Positions 23,853 through 35,333 of a stretch of 64,000 bases of DNA are shown here, one piece after another. The notes beneath the pieces were generated by a model, which was not told the origin of the DNA, did no database searches, and saw nothing but the letters and a program-made list of their open reading frames with translations. The DNA comes from Tubulanus polymorphus (lineage: Eukaryota; Animalia; Nemertea), in NCBI RefSeq assembly GCF_964204645.1, contig NC_134026.1, positions 6,099,950 through 6,163,949 on the forward strand, read 5' to 3'. A program made the position numbers and the translations under genes. The stretch's first letter is position 1. The number at the start of each line of letters is the position of its first letter.

Positions 23853-25266
23853 TCTTTCAAATGGAATCTGAAAAATAGCATCCTTCATAAGTATCTAAAA
23901 GCTCATCGGGCAAACTTCTGTGTAGACCTCGATCTGTTCATGACATGAATTTGAGGAAACAATTGAATTCATCCGATAAGCAATTTGTCTTAACTATTTG
24001 ATTGGAATAGTAGCACAGAACTTATATATCTAAATGAAGTTTAATGTCGTAGAACAAATGGGTTGTTTGGTTATCGTAATCAGATCAAGCCTAGAATGAA
24101 AATTTTAAAGATATTCCAAAAATTCACCCAAACCAAACGAACAATGTAAAAAAAAACACGATGAAAGCCGAAACCCAAAGTCTTACTGTTGTCAGCCGTT
24201 TCGAAAATTGCACCAATAGATGATCTATATATATTCACATGTATTATCTTAGTAATGAGGTTATATTTGATCAAAAGTCATTTGCAATAAGGTATTTTTC
24301 AACATATGCAGGCCGTCAGAAAGGCGAAAAAATCTAGAACAATCCTGATAAATTGTCGATTTTATTGTCGATTTATCGTAGTGTATAGCGGGACACTGAT
24401 AGTGTGTTCTGATCAATAAGATAGCGATCACTGTGTTGAGAAAAACTTGTGAGCTAAGAGATCTTTGGTAGGCCCAAATGATACGGGATTCAGTGCCCTC
24501 AAATAGTGTTCTAAATGATCAGAGAGTGACGGACACGCTGAATTCTAGGAAAGTGATTTAGGCTATCTATTGGTGCAAATGTAAATATTTTGTTTCAAAA
24601 AGAGTTCGATCGATTTGGATGGTTGTGTATTAAAGGATCATGCCTTCAAGATTACTTTTAAAAGCATCTAACGGGCTTCATTTCTAAGAATTTCCTATGC
24701 GTTATCTAAGGAGTACTGTGTGAGTAATATATACGTCACCAATATTGGTGTTTCAAAATTGCAATTTCAAATTAGTGAGAATTGCATCTATTTTGTGATC
24801 AATCGAATTTTAAGACTCTTAAATTACTTTTTATTTCCTTAATTTCCATGCTTTTTTGATAATGGATCAGAATTTTTATGAGTGGTGTGCACTACGTCAT
24901 CAATATTCGGGCTAGACAGGTTGCCGGTAAATCCAAATCAATCAATCTAAGAAAGAGCATCATTCCACTAGAAACATAATATAAGCAATTTATTGTATTA
25001 TTGGATTTATTCTAGGGAAAAACATTTCAGCACGATTTTGAATACGTAGGTTTCATAATTGGTAAATGAAATCGAAGAAGAATAAATGATTATAGGAAAC
25101 TGCACATTATAGCAACATTTTCTTATCTTTTGTTACAGATATTTCAAGATTTACAATGTAGATCGTTGTAACTGAGTATACAGTGTTATTTAGATTATCA
25201 GGGTTAAGTTTTGGTAAGTTGAATTATAGCAGAATAGGGCACTTCGAAAATGTGTTTGTTGAATCT

Positions 25267-26001
25267 TCAGTTGGCTAGGAATCCACCATCAACGGGTAAA
25301 ATAACCCCGTTCAACATCGACGATTTATCGCTGAGTAAATGAAGAATTTGATTAGTGATATCTTCCACCTCAACCAGTCGCTTGATCGGGTGATAATCGA
25401 GATACGGCTTTTGCTTGTCGGGATCACCATACCCGGCATTCATAACCATCGGAGTTAGCGTCAGCGATGGGTTGACGGCATTGGTGCGAATGTTGTAAGG
25501 ACCGAGTTCTACAGCCATACTTTTTGTCATCGTATCCAAGGCGGCTTTGCTCATACAATAAGCCATTTGATTTACAAATCTGTGCTTGGAATTAACTGAA
25601 GATACATTGACGATGGAACCGGCACATTTTCTTTTAACCATATCATTAGCAATTAACTGAGAAATCAGGAAAGCCGCTTTAGTATTAATCGCCTGTATTT
25701 CATCGTATGCTTCTTCGGTTGTTGTAAGAAACGAATTCAAAATATTAATTCCCGCATTATTGACAAGAAGTTGAACAGGTAGTGCTTCTTGGATAAGTTC
25801 CTTTGTTGCATCCCAATCAGTAATATCAACGCATATCGTATGAACTTCAGGTAGCTCTGATTTCAAGCTGTCCAAATCTGATTGAGTTCTGCTTAGAGCA
25901 AAAACTTCAGCACCCGCTTCACACAATGCTTTGACACACGCTCGTCCAATTCCTTTTCCCGCACCAGTCACCAGCGCTCTCTTTCCGGCAAATCCAGACA
26001 T
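25267..26001 (-). CDS. DCXR-like SDR, copy 5
   Basis: Intact SDR motifs, YCMSK. Confidence 0.92.
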   Translation of the reverse strand: MSGFAGKRALVTGAGKGIGRACVKALCEAGAEVFALSRTQSDLDSLKSELPEVHTICVDITDWDATKELIQEALPVQLLVNNAGINILNSFLTTTEEAYDEIQAINTKAAFLISQLIANDMVKRKCAGSIVNVSSVNSKHRFVNQMAYCMSKAALDTMTKSMAVELGPYNIRTNAVNPSLTLTPMVMNAGYGDPDKQKPYLDYHPIKRLVEVEDITNQILHLLSDKSSMLNGVILPVDGGFLAN

Positions 26002-26797
26002 TTCGAACGAATCTGGAAATGACAATAGATGTTTAGTCTAGTTACATATTACCTTTACTAATGTGTTAGATTACTATGTCGCAACCGATCGTGTGTACAC
26101 ACCCTGTAAAATATACGCTTCCTGAAATGGATGACTTACTGCTTGTGGGGATCCTTGCTATCACGTATGTGCTAACCTAGAACTCGCTTCAATTATGATA
26201 TTTATGTCACGTATAACCTATTTTGTCGGGTTAAATCAATGGCTCATATAAAGCTATATATATATTTCTTAGTGAACGTCCAGCGCTGAATAGAATCAGG
26301 TTCCTCGGTATTCAAGATCCCAAGTTCACCTCGAATTAAAAATATCAGTCATTGGTTTGATATAGTTTTTATCCTCTGTATTGTATATTTTGAACTTATC
26401 TGAACTTATAACTCCATTTCCTGGCCATCACGTTCACTTTTAATACTTCTGCTTGCATAAACTCCATTTCATCAAGGTCAAGGAGCTGATATTTTGTTAG
26501 ATGCGTCAAATGTTTCTGTTCTGTTCGAATGTTTCTGTTGATGGTCAATCGGTCAAATAGTCAAAAGACGCCCAATAAATTGATGGATTATTAACATAGA
26601 AATCCACACAAATCCAGAGTATATTTTAAATTTATTTATCTTTTTGATTGAGCTTTGTGGCAAAAACAAATTAGTTGAATGAAAAATGTTGAAACATATA
26701 TGTCAGTTGATGAAAAATAGTGAAATATCTCACATTGGTTATTCCATTAATTATATTCGATATAGGTTGTTTTCATAATCTAGTTGGTGGCCGAGGA

Positions 26798-27532
26798 TCA
26801 GTTGGCGAGAAATCCGCCATCAACAGGTAAAATAACCCCGTTCAACATCGACGATTTATCGCTGAGTAAATGAAGAATTTGAGTTGTGATATCTTCCACC
26901 TCAACCAGTCGCTTAATCGGCTGATGTTCGAGAAATAACTTTTGCTTGTCTGGCTTATCATAACCAACACTCCGAACTAATGGAGTTAGCGTCAGCGACG
27001 GGTTAACGGCATTGGTGCGAATGTTGTAAGGCCCGAGTTCTACAGCCATACTTTTTGTCATCGCATCCAAGGCAGCTTTGCTCATACAATAAGCCGTGTG
27101 ATCTAGAAATCTGTGTTTGGAACTAACCGAAGATACATTGACGATGGAACCAGCACATTTTCTTTCAACCATATCATTAGCAATTAACTGAGAAATCAGG
27201 AAAGCCGCTTTAGTATTAATCGCCTGTATTTCATCGTACGCTTCTTCGGTTGCGGTTAGAAATGGCTGCAAAATATTAATTCCCGCATTATTGACGAGTA
27301 AGTCAATAGGTAAAGATTTCTGGATAAGTTCCTTTGTAGCATCCCAATCAGTAATATCAACACACAGCGTATGCACTTCGGGTAGCTCTGATTTCAAACT
27401 GTCCAAATCTGATTGAGTTCTGCTTAGAGCAAAAACTTCAGCACCCGCTTCACACAATGCTTTGACACACGCTCGTCCAATTCCCTTTCCCGCACCAGTC
27501 ACCAGCGCTCTCTTTCCGGCAAATTCAGACAT
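26798..27532 (-). CDS. DCXR-like SDR, copy 6
   Basis: Intact SDR motifs, YCMSK. Confidence 0.92.
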   Translation of the reverse strand: MSEFAGKRALVTGAGKGIGRACVKALCEAGAEVFALSRTQSDLDSLKSELPEVHTLCVDITDWDATKELIQKSLPIDLLVNNAGINILQPFLTATEEAYDEIQAINTKAAFLISQLIANDMVERKCAGSIVNVSSVSSKHRFLDHTAYCMSKAALDAMTKSMAVELGPYNIRTNAVNPSLTLTPLVRSVGYDKPDKQKLFLEHQPIKRLVEVEDITTQILHLLSDKSSMLNGVILPVDGGFLAN

Positions 27533-28444
27533 TTTTGAACGAATCTGGAAATGACAATAGATGTATACTCTAGCTACACATTACCTATACTGATGCGTTA
27601 GAATATTATGTCGCAATCAGTGATTATTTGTGCCCTCTGAATTTATTCGACTGTGGTTGTCCTCTGAATCTAAGATGCAGTTCTATTGCGACCCGACATG
27701 TACGTGTAATATGCTTCCGTTAATACTGCAATTGATAACTTACTGCTGGTGGGGTTCCTACTGCCACGAATGAATAAAAAATTCGCTTCAATCACGATAT
27801 CACGTCACGTATAACCTACTTTATTTAGCCGATGGCTTTTGTGATAGCTATATCTATGTTAAAAGTCAAGTACTGACTAGAAATCGTGGTCTTCACTGTG
27901 CATTACATTCCTGGTTCAGCTCGAACAAAAACAATCATCCATTTAATTTGTTTCTTATAGTTTTGTTAAACAAAATTGTTTTGATTTGTTCACTATTTTT
28001 CCTTCATAAACATATTTCATCAAAAGTCAAGGAGCTGATTTTGTTTGATGCGTCAAAGGTCGTATATTTCTGTTGATGGTCGATCGGTCAAAAAGTCAAA
28101 CGCAACTGTGAATTTATCCTTGTCAAAGACGTCAAATGATTTGATGAATCATTTGCATAAAAATCCACACAAATTCAGAATGGTTTTCAATGTGTTTATC
28201 TTTTGATCGAACTATTATTTAGGGTAGTTATCTAAGATTGAGCAAATAGAAATCATATGTATTAGACAGTTGTGAATGAATGAATGCTTTATTCTCTCTA
28301 ATTACAAATAATTAATATACACACATAAATACAATTTGAGAAAAGGACATCTCCAGCCGGGGGCTGTACCATAAGGGGAGATGCCCTGTAACTATTCATA
28401 TATATTAGACAGTTGTTTTCATAATCTACATGGTGGCCGGGGGT

Positions 28445-29179
28445 TTAGTTGGCGAGAAATCCACCATCAACAGGTAAAATAACCCCGTTCAACATCGACG
28501 ATTTATCGCTGAGCAAGTGAAGAATTTGATTTGTGATATCTTCCTCCTCAACCAGTCGCTTAATCGGCTGATTATCGAGAAACATGTTAAGCTTCTTCTG
28601 ATCATCAAGCCCGAGTCTCCTAGCCAACGGAGTTAGCGTCAGCGATGGGTTGACGGCATTGGTGCGAATGGTGTAAGGCCCGAGTTCTACAGCCATACTT
28701 TTTGTCATCGTATCCAAGGCAGCTTTGCTCATACAATAAGCCGTGTGATCTGGAAATCTGTGTTTGGAACTGATCGAAGATACATTGACGATGGAACCGG
28801 CACATTTTCTTTCAACCATATCATTAGCAATTAATTGAGAAATCAGGAAAGCCGCTTTAGTATTAGTGCCATGTATCGTATCGTATGCTTCTTCGGTTAC
28901 GGTTAGAAACGACTGCAAAATACTTATTCCTGCATTATTGACGAGTAAGTCAATAGGTAAAGATTTCTGGATAAGTTCTTTCGTAGCATTCCAATTACAC
29001 ACATCAGCGCATATCGTATGAACTTCAGGTAGCTCCGATTTCAAACTGTCCAAATCTGACTGAGTTCTGCTTAGAGCAAAAACTTCAGCACCCGCTTCAC
29101 ACAATGCTTTAACACACGCTCGTCCAATTCCTTTTCCTGCACCAGTCACCAGCGCTCTCTTTCCGGTAAATTCAGACAT
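28445..29179 (-). CDS. DCXR-like SDR, copy 7
   Basis: Intact SDR motifs, YCMSK. Confidence 0.92.
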   Translation of the reverse strand: MSEFTGKRALVTGAGKGIGRACVKALCEAGAEVFALSRTQSDLDSLKSELPEVHTICADVCNWNATKELIQKSLPIDLLVNNAGISILQSFLTVTEEAYDTIHGTNTKAAFLISQLIANDMVERKCAGSIVNVSSISSKHRFPDHTAYCMSKAALDTMTKSMAVELGPYTIRTNAVNPSLTLTPLARRLGLDDQKKLNMFLDNQPIKRLVEEEDITNQILHLLSDKSSMLNGVILPVDGGFLAN

Positions 29180-30019
29180 TTTCCCCAAGATAATCTTGAA
29201 AATGGTACCGTATATTCTCAATCATTCACTATAGTTTTTAATTGAAAAAAGAACTGAGTATTACTTTACTCGTCTTTTAGGAATACAAGCAATACCGGAT
29301 TTACAGTTTGAGTGTAAACCATAAGAAATGATACACTAAATCCCAGTAATCCGAAGTTTATATGATAGGCCGATAACTAAACGCTATTTGGTAAAACGGT
29401 TTCATCATTTCCTAATAAATGGAATTAATGGTACGATTATTTCGGTACTTGATTATTCTCGAATTCCTATAACCTTGCACATTAGAGGAAATATTTGGGA
29501 TTTCCAGCACATATGATAGACCAAACCTGTCTTAAATGCTAAGTAACTATAGCAATATATGTAGTAATTCATAGCTCTAGTATTCTTACCTGTATTGCGA
29601 GTTTTCTATAAAAAAATATATCTGCTGCACCTTTAACCTCGTCACTCGTATAGGTAAATCGTATAGTTTAACTTTATTTTCTCGTGAAAGTATTTCAAAA
29701 CGTATATGACAAATCAACGACGTTGTACAAAGTCTGAAAGTCTTTTTAATTCTAATCAGTGACCGTTAAAAACTAAGTACAAAGTTCAAATTGACAATAG
29801 GAAAACTTGAAACGTAAAATTTGAAACTTTTGTAAGCCTTTGTCCTCCACATTATATTAGAATATCTCATAATTGTATATTTTGTATACCTCTTCATGGC
29901 ATGTTGTAATTTATAGTGGAAACAAATTATTATTATCATTATCATTATCATCATAAAAGTTGGTGCATGAAAATCTAAGAATTTTATGAGATTTTCAAAT
30001 TGTATGTTTGGTTTATTTT

Positions 30020-30754
30020 CTAGTTAGCGAGAAGTCCACCATCAACGGGTAATATAACCCCATTTAACATCGACGACTTTTCGCTGAGCAAATGAAGAAT
30101 TTGATTTGTAACTTCTTCTAACGTCAACATTCGTTTAATTGGGTGAAGATCGAGATATATTTTTTGCATCTCGGGGTCGTCAAACCCGATGTTCCTCATC
30201 AAATGAGTAAAAGTCAGCGACGGGTTTACTGAATTCGTGCGAATGTTGTAAGGGCCAAGTTCTACGGCCATAATTTTTGTCATCGCATCCAAGGCCGCTT
30301 TGCTCATTGTTGAAGCCGAAAACCCAGCATACATTCGTTGAGAATTCACCGAAGACACATTTACAATAGAACCAGCACATTTTCTTTCGACCATATCATT
30401 AGCTATTAACTGAGAGATCTGGAAGGCTGCTTTGGTGTTGGTGGCCATTATCTTATCATAATCGTCTCCACTGAATGTCAGGAAAGGCTGGATAACAGCA
30501 ATTCCCGCATTATTGACGAGTAAGTCAATAGGTAATGATTTTTGGATAAGTTTCTTTGTTGCATCCCAATCAGTAATATCAGCGCATAACGTATGAACTT
30601 CAGGTAGCTCTGATTTCAAACTGTCCAAATCGGATTGAGTTCTGCTTAGAGCAAAAACTTCAGCACCCGCTTCACACAATGCTTTCACACACGCTCGTCC
30701 AATTCCTTTTCCCGCACCAGTCACCAGCGCTCTCTTTCCGGTAAATGCAAACAT
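30020..30754 (-). CDS. DCXR-like SDR, copy 8 (catalytic Tyr replaced by Ser)
   Basis: Intact ORF; active-site motif reads STMSK. Confidence 0.9.
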   Translation of the reverse strand: MFAFTGKRALVTGAGKGIGRACVKALCEAGAEVFALSRTQSDLDSLKSELPEVHTLCADITDWDATKKLIQKSLPIDLLVNNAGIAVIQPFLTFSGDDYDKIMATNTKAAFQISQLIANDMVERKCAGSIVNVSSVNSQRMYAGFSASTMSKAALDAMTKIMAVELGPYNIRTNSVNPSLTFTHLMRNIGFDDPEMQKIYLDLHPIKRMLTLEEVTNQILHLLSEKSSMLNGVILPVDGGLLAN

Positions 30755-31206
30755 TTTAGACCACAATAATCTGAAAAAATAGCGCAGTAGCTGTTCAATG
30801 TTTAAATTGTGACAGGGGACATCAAAAAGCTAAAGAAAAGGTCACGTAATCGTGGTAGAACACTGACACAGCTCGTGGTAAATTTGCAAAAATCCTTTCT
30901 AGCTCGACTAGTACAAAGCCTTAGAAACAACAACACTCTAGAATCCAGACATACCAATTCGAATTTGTGATTATTTTATCATACTCATGTAGAACCATTA
31001 TTATTTAGGCAAATCGGGGCAGAATAGAGGCATACAAAATCTATCAATGTTGGGAGTTTTAAGAAAACTGTTCAGTCGCTTGCCAGTTCAGGCTGGTAAG
31101 AAGATTGTTTGAATGAACCGGAACCGAGATTTCCCTACTTCGATTTAAACAAAAATAATGTGTAAATTCGACAACCGAATTCGATTCACACAGCAGCTAT
31201 AGGCCC

Positions 31207-31365
31207 CATATCTGTACTTCGATTTCCGATTTCAAAATCAAACCCCCTGTTTCGCTCCCGGCAGGTGTGGTGGGTTTGTAAGGACACCAAATCAAAACAA
31301 ATCAAACGAAATCTACCAATCAAATAATTTGCAGGGTCAATCCCTATTTCAAGATCAAAATTACC
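31207..31365 (+). repeat. Dispersed repeat, second copy at ~62627-62785
   Basis: Shared ATATCTGTACTTCGATTTCCGATTTCAAAATCAAACCCCCTG...AAATCTACCAATCAAATA. Confidence 0.8.
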
Positions 31366-32099
31366 CATCAAATATAGAAATCTTACCTTTAAAATATTCT
31401 CCTTTGTCAAGTATCTATAGTTTGTCGAAGTTCTCGAAGTGAACTGTAGTTGTCGGAAGTGTTTGCAAATTTTTATCTGACCAATTCGTGACAATGGAGA
31501 AAAAGTAGTTCACGGCCGAGGTCGATAAATCAACTGGAGAATTAACATAATAATGATAACAGAGGTTCTGTTTTTTCGGGAAAAAAGAACGGTTGCTCCG
31601 ACCAAACAATAATGTTGGTGTATCATTGTAATCCATCAAAAAGAATGTTCAACGGAGTCAAATTTGAATTTAAGACTTATTTATTCGTGTTGAGATGATT
31701 TTATGTCTGACAACGCAGGAAAAAGGTTGAACTGTTTTAACGCCCCTTTTTTATAGATTGTAAAGAAATTGGCAAAGATTAAGTCTCCTAAATTCCTTTT
31801 TTCATTTTGGTGCGAATCACGGCATTGTTATGATAATAATTTACAGTCTAATAGCTGCCTGATGCGCGATCATTGGCTATACGATCTGTAAACATATAAA
31901 AAATGCAATTTGATTAGAAAGAGTTGATGAAAAGCTGTTCTGAACATATACACAGTAAACATTGCATTTGTCGGATCGGCGAAAGTCGGATAATCGCTTA
32001 TATCGGGTGAATATTGGTTCAAAAATGAAAAATCTGTTAAAATCCCTCGACGAAACTTTTTTTCTCATTGCAGTTTTATTTCCTCTGGTTTGTGTTCCG

Positions 32100-32468
32100 G
32101 GGGCCGTATTCATGAAGCACCCGTAAGCCTACGTATCACGTAACTCTGCCCGTAAGTTCTGAGCCGTCGGAAGGAATTTTTCAGTGGCGAGGCTTATTTC
32201 TGAAGGGGGTCTGGGGGCCCTCCCCTAGAAAAATTTTTAAAATTCAAACGCCAGAGATGCGTTGTGGGGCCATTTCACGGTCTCATTCACGGTACAGAGA
32301 ACGACGAGCTGCTACAGCGTGCTTTTGAAAAAGATTTGTTAAGCAAAAAAGTGGGCAAAAAGTCGGCTTTGGCCGCCCCTGCCGCCCCTGTTCCGACGGC
32401 CCTGAAGTTCCCACGTAGAGAAAAGTCCTAGCACCCGTAACTTACGGGTGCTTCGTCAATACGGTCCC
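32100..32468. mobile_element. MITE with nested MITE (32159-32404)
   Basis: Outer TIRs GGGGCCGTATTCATGAAGCACCCGTAAG / CTTACGGGTGCTTCGTCAATACGGTCCC. Inner GAGCCGTCGGAA...TTCCGACGGCCC with AAGTT on both sides. Confidence 0.75.
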
Positions 32469-33969
32469 TGGCTTGAAATCGTCAAATGTCAACAGTCGTT
32501 TATATTTTAATTGTGGTTCCGAAATATTTCATTGTTTTGAAATCATTTCTTGTAGATGTCGTTGTAGATTTGTGGTCTTAAGTTGATATACTAGACTGGA
32601 TTGTAAACGTTTTGTTCCATAGAAATGGATCACAAGACAATTCCTAAAAAAACTGATGTATATACATCCAAGATTTATTTGCATCATCGAGGCTATATTT
32701 ATTTCTATTAAAATTATGGTTCACGAAGTTTATCACCCGTCTTCTTCTTCTTCCTCGGTAAAGATGAACATCAGTCTTGTCGTTCTGTTTAGAAGTAAAA
32801 AATAGCATGCATATTCAGTAAGTATATTTCTAATATGAAAGCGAAAACTATAGCCCTTCGCGCACGACCACGGGGAAACACGGAATAAGGAGACAGAAAC
32901 ATGTTTCCCTGTGTCGTGTGTGTTTTCGAGAAACGAGTTCCGGTTCATGGTTCCGGGAAACAATGTTTCCGAAATCAAACATGTCAGTTTCCGTGCATTT
33001 TTGCTATTGTTGTGTGCCTTTTTGGCTTGAGCATTTTGGCGACTAAGAAAACCCTAAGCAATTTATTTCAAAACGCTTACGCGTTCGTGGCTCAATTCCA
33101 CTTTTGAAAATAATTACCCGTTATTCCAGTTATTTCGCTGCCATTCGCATCAGCCGAGATACCTACAAATATACACCACAGCAGCAATGTTTTTAGTGAA
33201 TCCTTTATCAGTGATAGGAAACAAATACGGATCCATTTCCACAGATGTTTGTTTCTTACAACTGCTAAACATCTAAACATTCCATTACCTACAATTCAGA
33301 TTTTTCAATGTTTTTTTTTTTACAACTCAGAGCTGTGGAAGTGAATCTGTTACAAAAATGGCTGACTCGAAATTGCACGTACCTATATCAAATCGTAAAT
33401 TTACTGTCGAAGGATCTGTGATCAACATACGTAGATGATAATGATAATAATAACAATATATTTATACACCGGTATAAAGGGAGAATATTACATTTTATAT
33501 CATTTCAAATAGATACATGAACTCAAATCCAGGGTAGCGTTCTGGGGACAGCGAGAAATCCCGAGAAGAGAAACCCTGCAGAAAGATTTCGACGATAAGG
33601 ACTTTATAATTTCGTGTGGTATTTAGGATTATCAATGAAAAATAGCTTGATCTAACAACGTATAAGACTTATGATCCTAGTTTATTAACTATTTAGCTGA
33701 TGAGAAGTGAGCGCGGATGGAGCCGATGAAATATGCGAGAAACAAACTATTAGCCTACAGCTCTCAGTTTTGGGCTATTATTTGTAAACAGCATCCACTG
33801 ACCGGCGGATCTATGAAATCTACGAGCAAGCAATCATCTCATACGTAGATGAATTGTACTAAGGGATGAAATGAGATGGAAGTGAAATGAAGGGATTCAA
33901 GATCTTAATTGCAAACCCTAAACCTTATAAGGTTATCAAAAACGAATGAGGAAGCCTATAAATAAATTA

Positions 33970-34195
33970 CCTAAAATGGTTCCCCTAAGAACCCTGCCAA
34001 GAACCATTTGATAATATTGAAAGGGGTTCTTACAAGAACCCTTTATACGAAATGGTTCTTCAAAGAATCTTTACCAGGGGTTCTTCAAGGAACCCTACAA
34101 AAGAGGTTCTTCGAAGAACCTTTAGGGGTTCTCCCTGGGAGGCAATAACCCCTAAATGTTCTTAGATAGAACCCTAGAACCCTTTGTTCTAAGAG
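33970..34195. repeat. GAACCC/GGTTC-rich repeat, probable transposon remnant
   Basis: Multiple AAGAACC and GGTTCTT units in both orientations. Confidence 0.5.
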
Positions 34196-34325
34196 GGTAC
34201 TTTATATATTACATGCATGCATTATAAACCATATAAATAATCTTCCGTAGGCCAACAATAATTCGCCGTTTGGCAGCAGATTTTTAAGCTGACAAAATAT
34301 TTTTAATGTGCCCGGAACGCTTTCC

Positions 34326-35333
34326 TTCAGATATTCTGTATTATACCTGAGGAGTCGGCGCCGTCGAACTCTTCCTTGTGTCGGTCAATTTCAGAACCTA
34401 TAATATAGGAATACGAAGATTGGTTAATGGAAATGAAGAAGCCTTGCAGTATTAATTAAACGAGAAAATAAATAACATTTCAAAAGTACGCGAGTAAACA
34501 ATCCGGAGGGCTAGAAAAATATAGGTTTGATCGATCGAAAATACTTCTTATTTATATATTATGTTAACACGATGAATTATCTATTTATCAAAGAAATATA
34601 ATGCATGTGATTGATTTAACCGGGCATCGCCAGGTTCCCATCTCTCTTACATTATACCATTCATATTAGCTGCTTAAATACAATTCATGATATCAATGAA
34701 AATTCGTATTTACCAATAGTGGTCGTTTCTTCGTTTACGGGTAAGGTATCGCTAACCGGGCAATTTTGAATATCGCAACGTTCCCAACGCTTCTTCGGAT
34801 CCAATGTATAACACCAAGGCCCGTTTTCATGATCTGGATTCCTACATTTATTTCCGACGGTTTTCCTATCATCTTCGGCCAACATTCGATATCGGTTGTG
34901 TCCATGAGGCTTCTGATCTGCCCAGAATTGACAGGCTCTCCCCGACCGAGTAAAATTAACGTCACCTCTGTAATCAACTCCAATACTTCCTTCATCAACG
35001 CAATCTGCAATTTGAAAAAAATCAAAAACATGATTACGGTGGCATCGTTCTTCTCAATATCTTATTCCTATTAAAATTACCTTTTTTTCTACACAAACCA
35101 CATCTCACCGGACATTTGACGGCTTCGATTGGCATTTTGCATATATCGACAGCGTTGCATAAAGGGTCGTCATGATTTTGCGAACATCCTATCATAGCGA
35201 CGGACGCTTTACTTTTCTGAATATAATTCGATAAAACTGAGAAAATATTATTTAATGATTCTAGTTGCGAAGTACAAACAAATAGAATATTTGAACACCA
35301 TATAAAGAGTATACGGAAAAAATGCAATAGCAT
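34326..35333 (-). CDS. Putative secreted protein with ShKT-like and kringle domains (3' end uncertain)
   Basis: Exon 35081-35333: hydrophobic N-terminus, then CSQNHDDPLCNAVDICKMPIEAVKCPVRCGLC. Phase-1 exon 34714-35004: complete kringle (C..GVDYRG..NFTRSGRACQFW..QKPHGH..CRNPD..GPWCYT.DP..RWERC...C). Probable exon from 34398 (GSEIDRHKEEFDGADSS...). Confidence 0.7.

Noticed and set aside
16842-30380. Antisense and alternate-frame ORFs overlapping the DCXR copies
   Set aside because: Shadow ORFs of the real CDSs; no independent motifs.
20038-30766. N-terminal extensions of DCXR ORFs in the ORF track (e.g. MSFSDSLK, MKDAIFQ)
   Set aside because: Most run through the splice acceptor or begin at non-ATG codons; homology starts at the downstream ATG.
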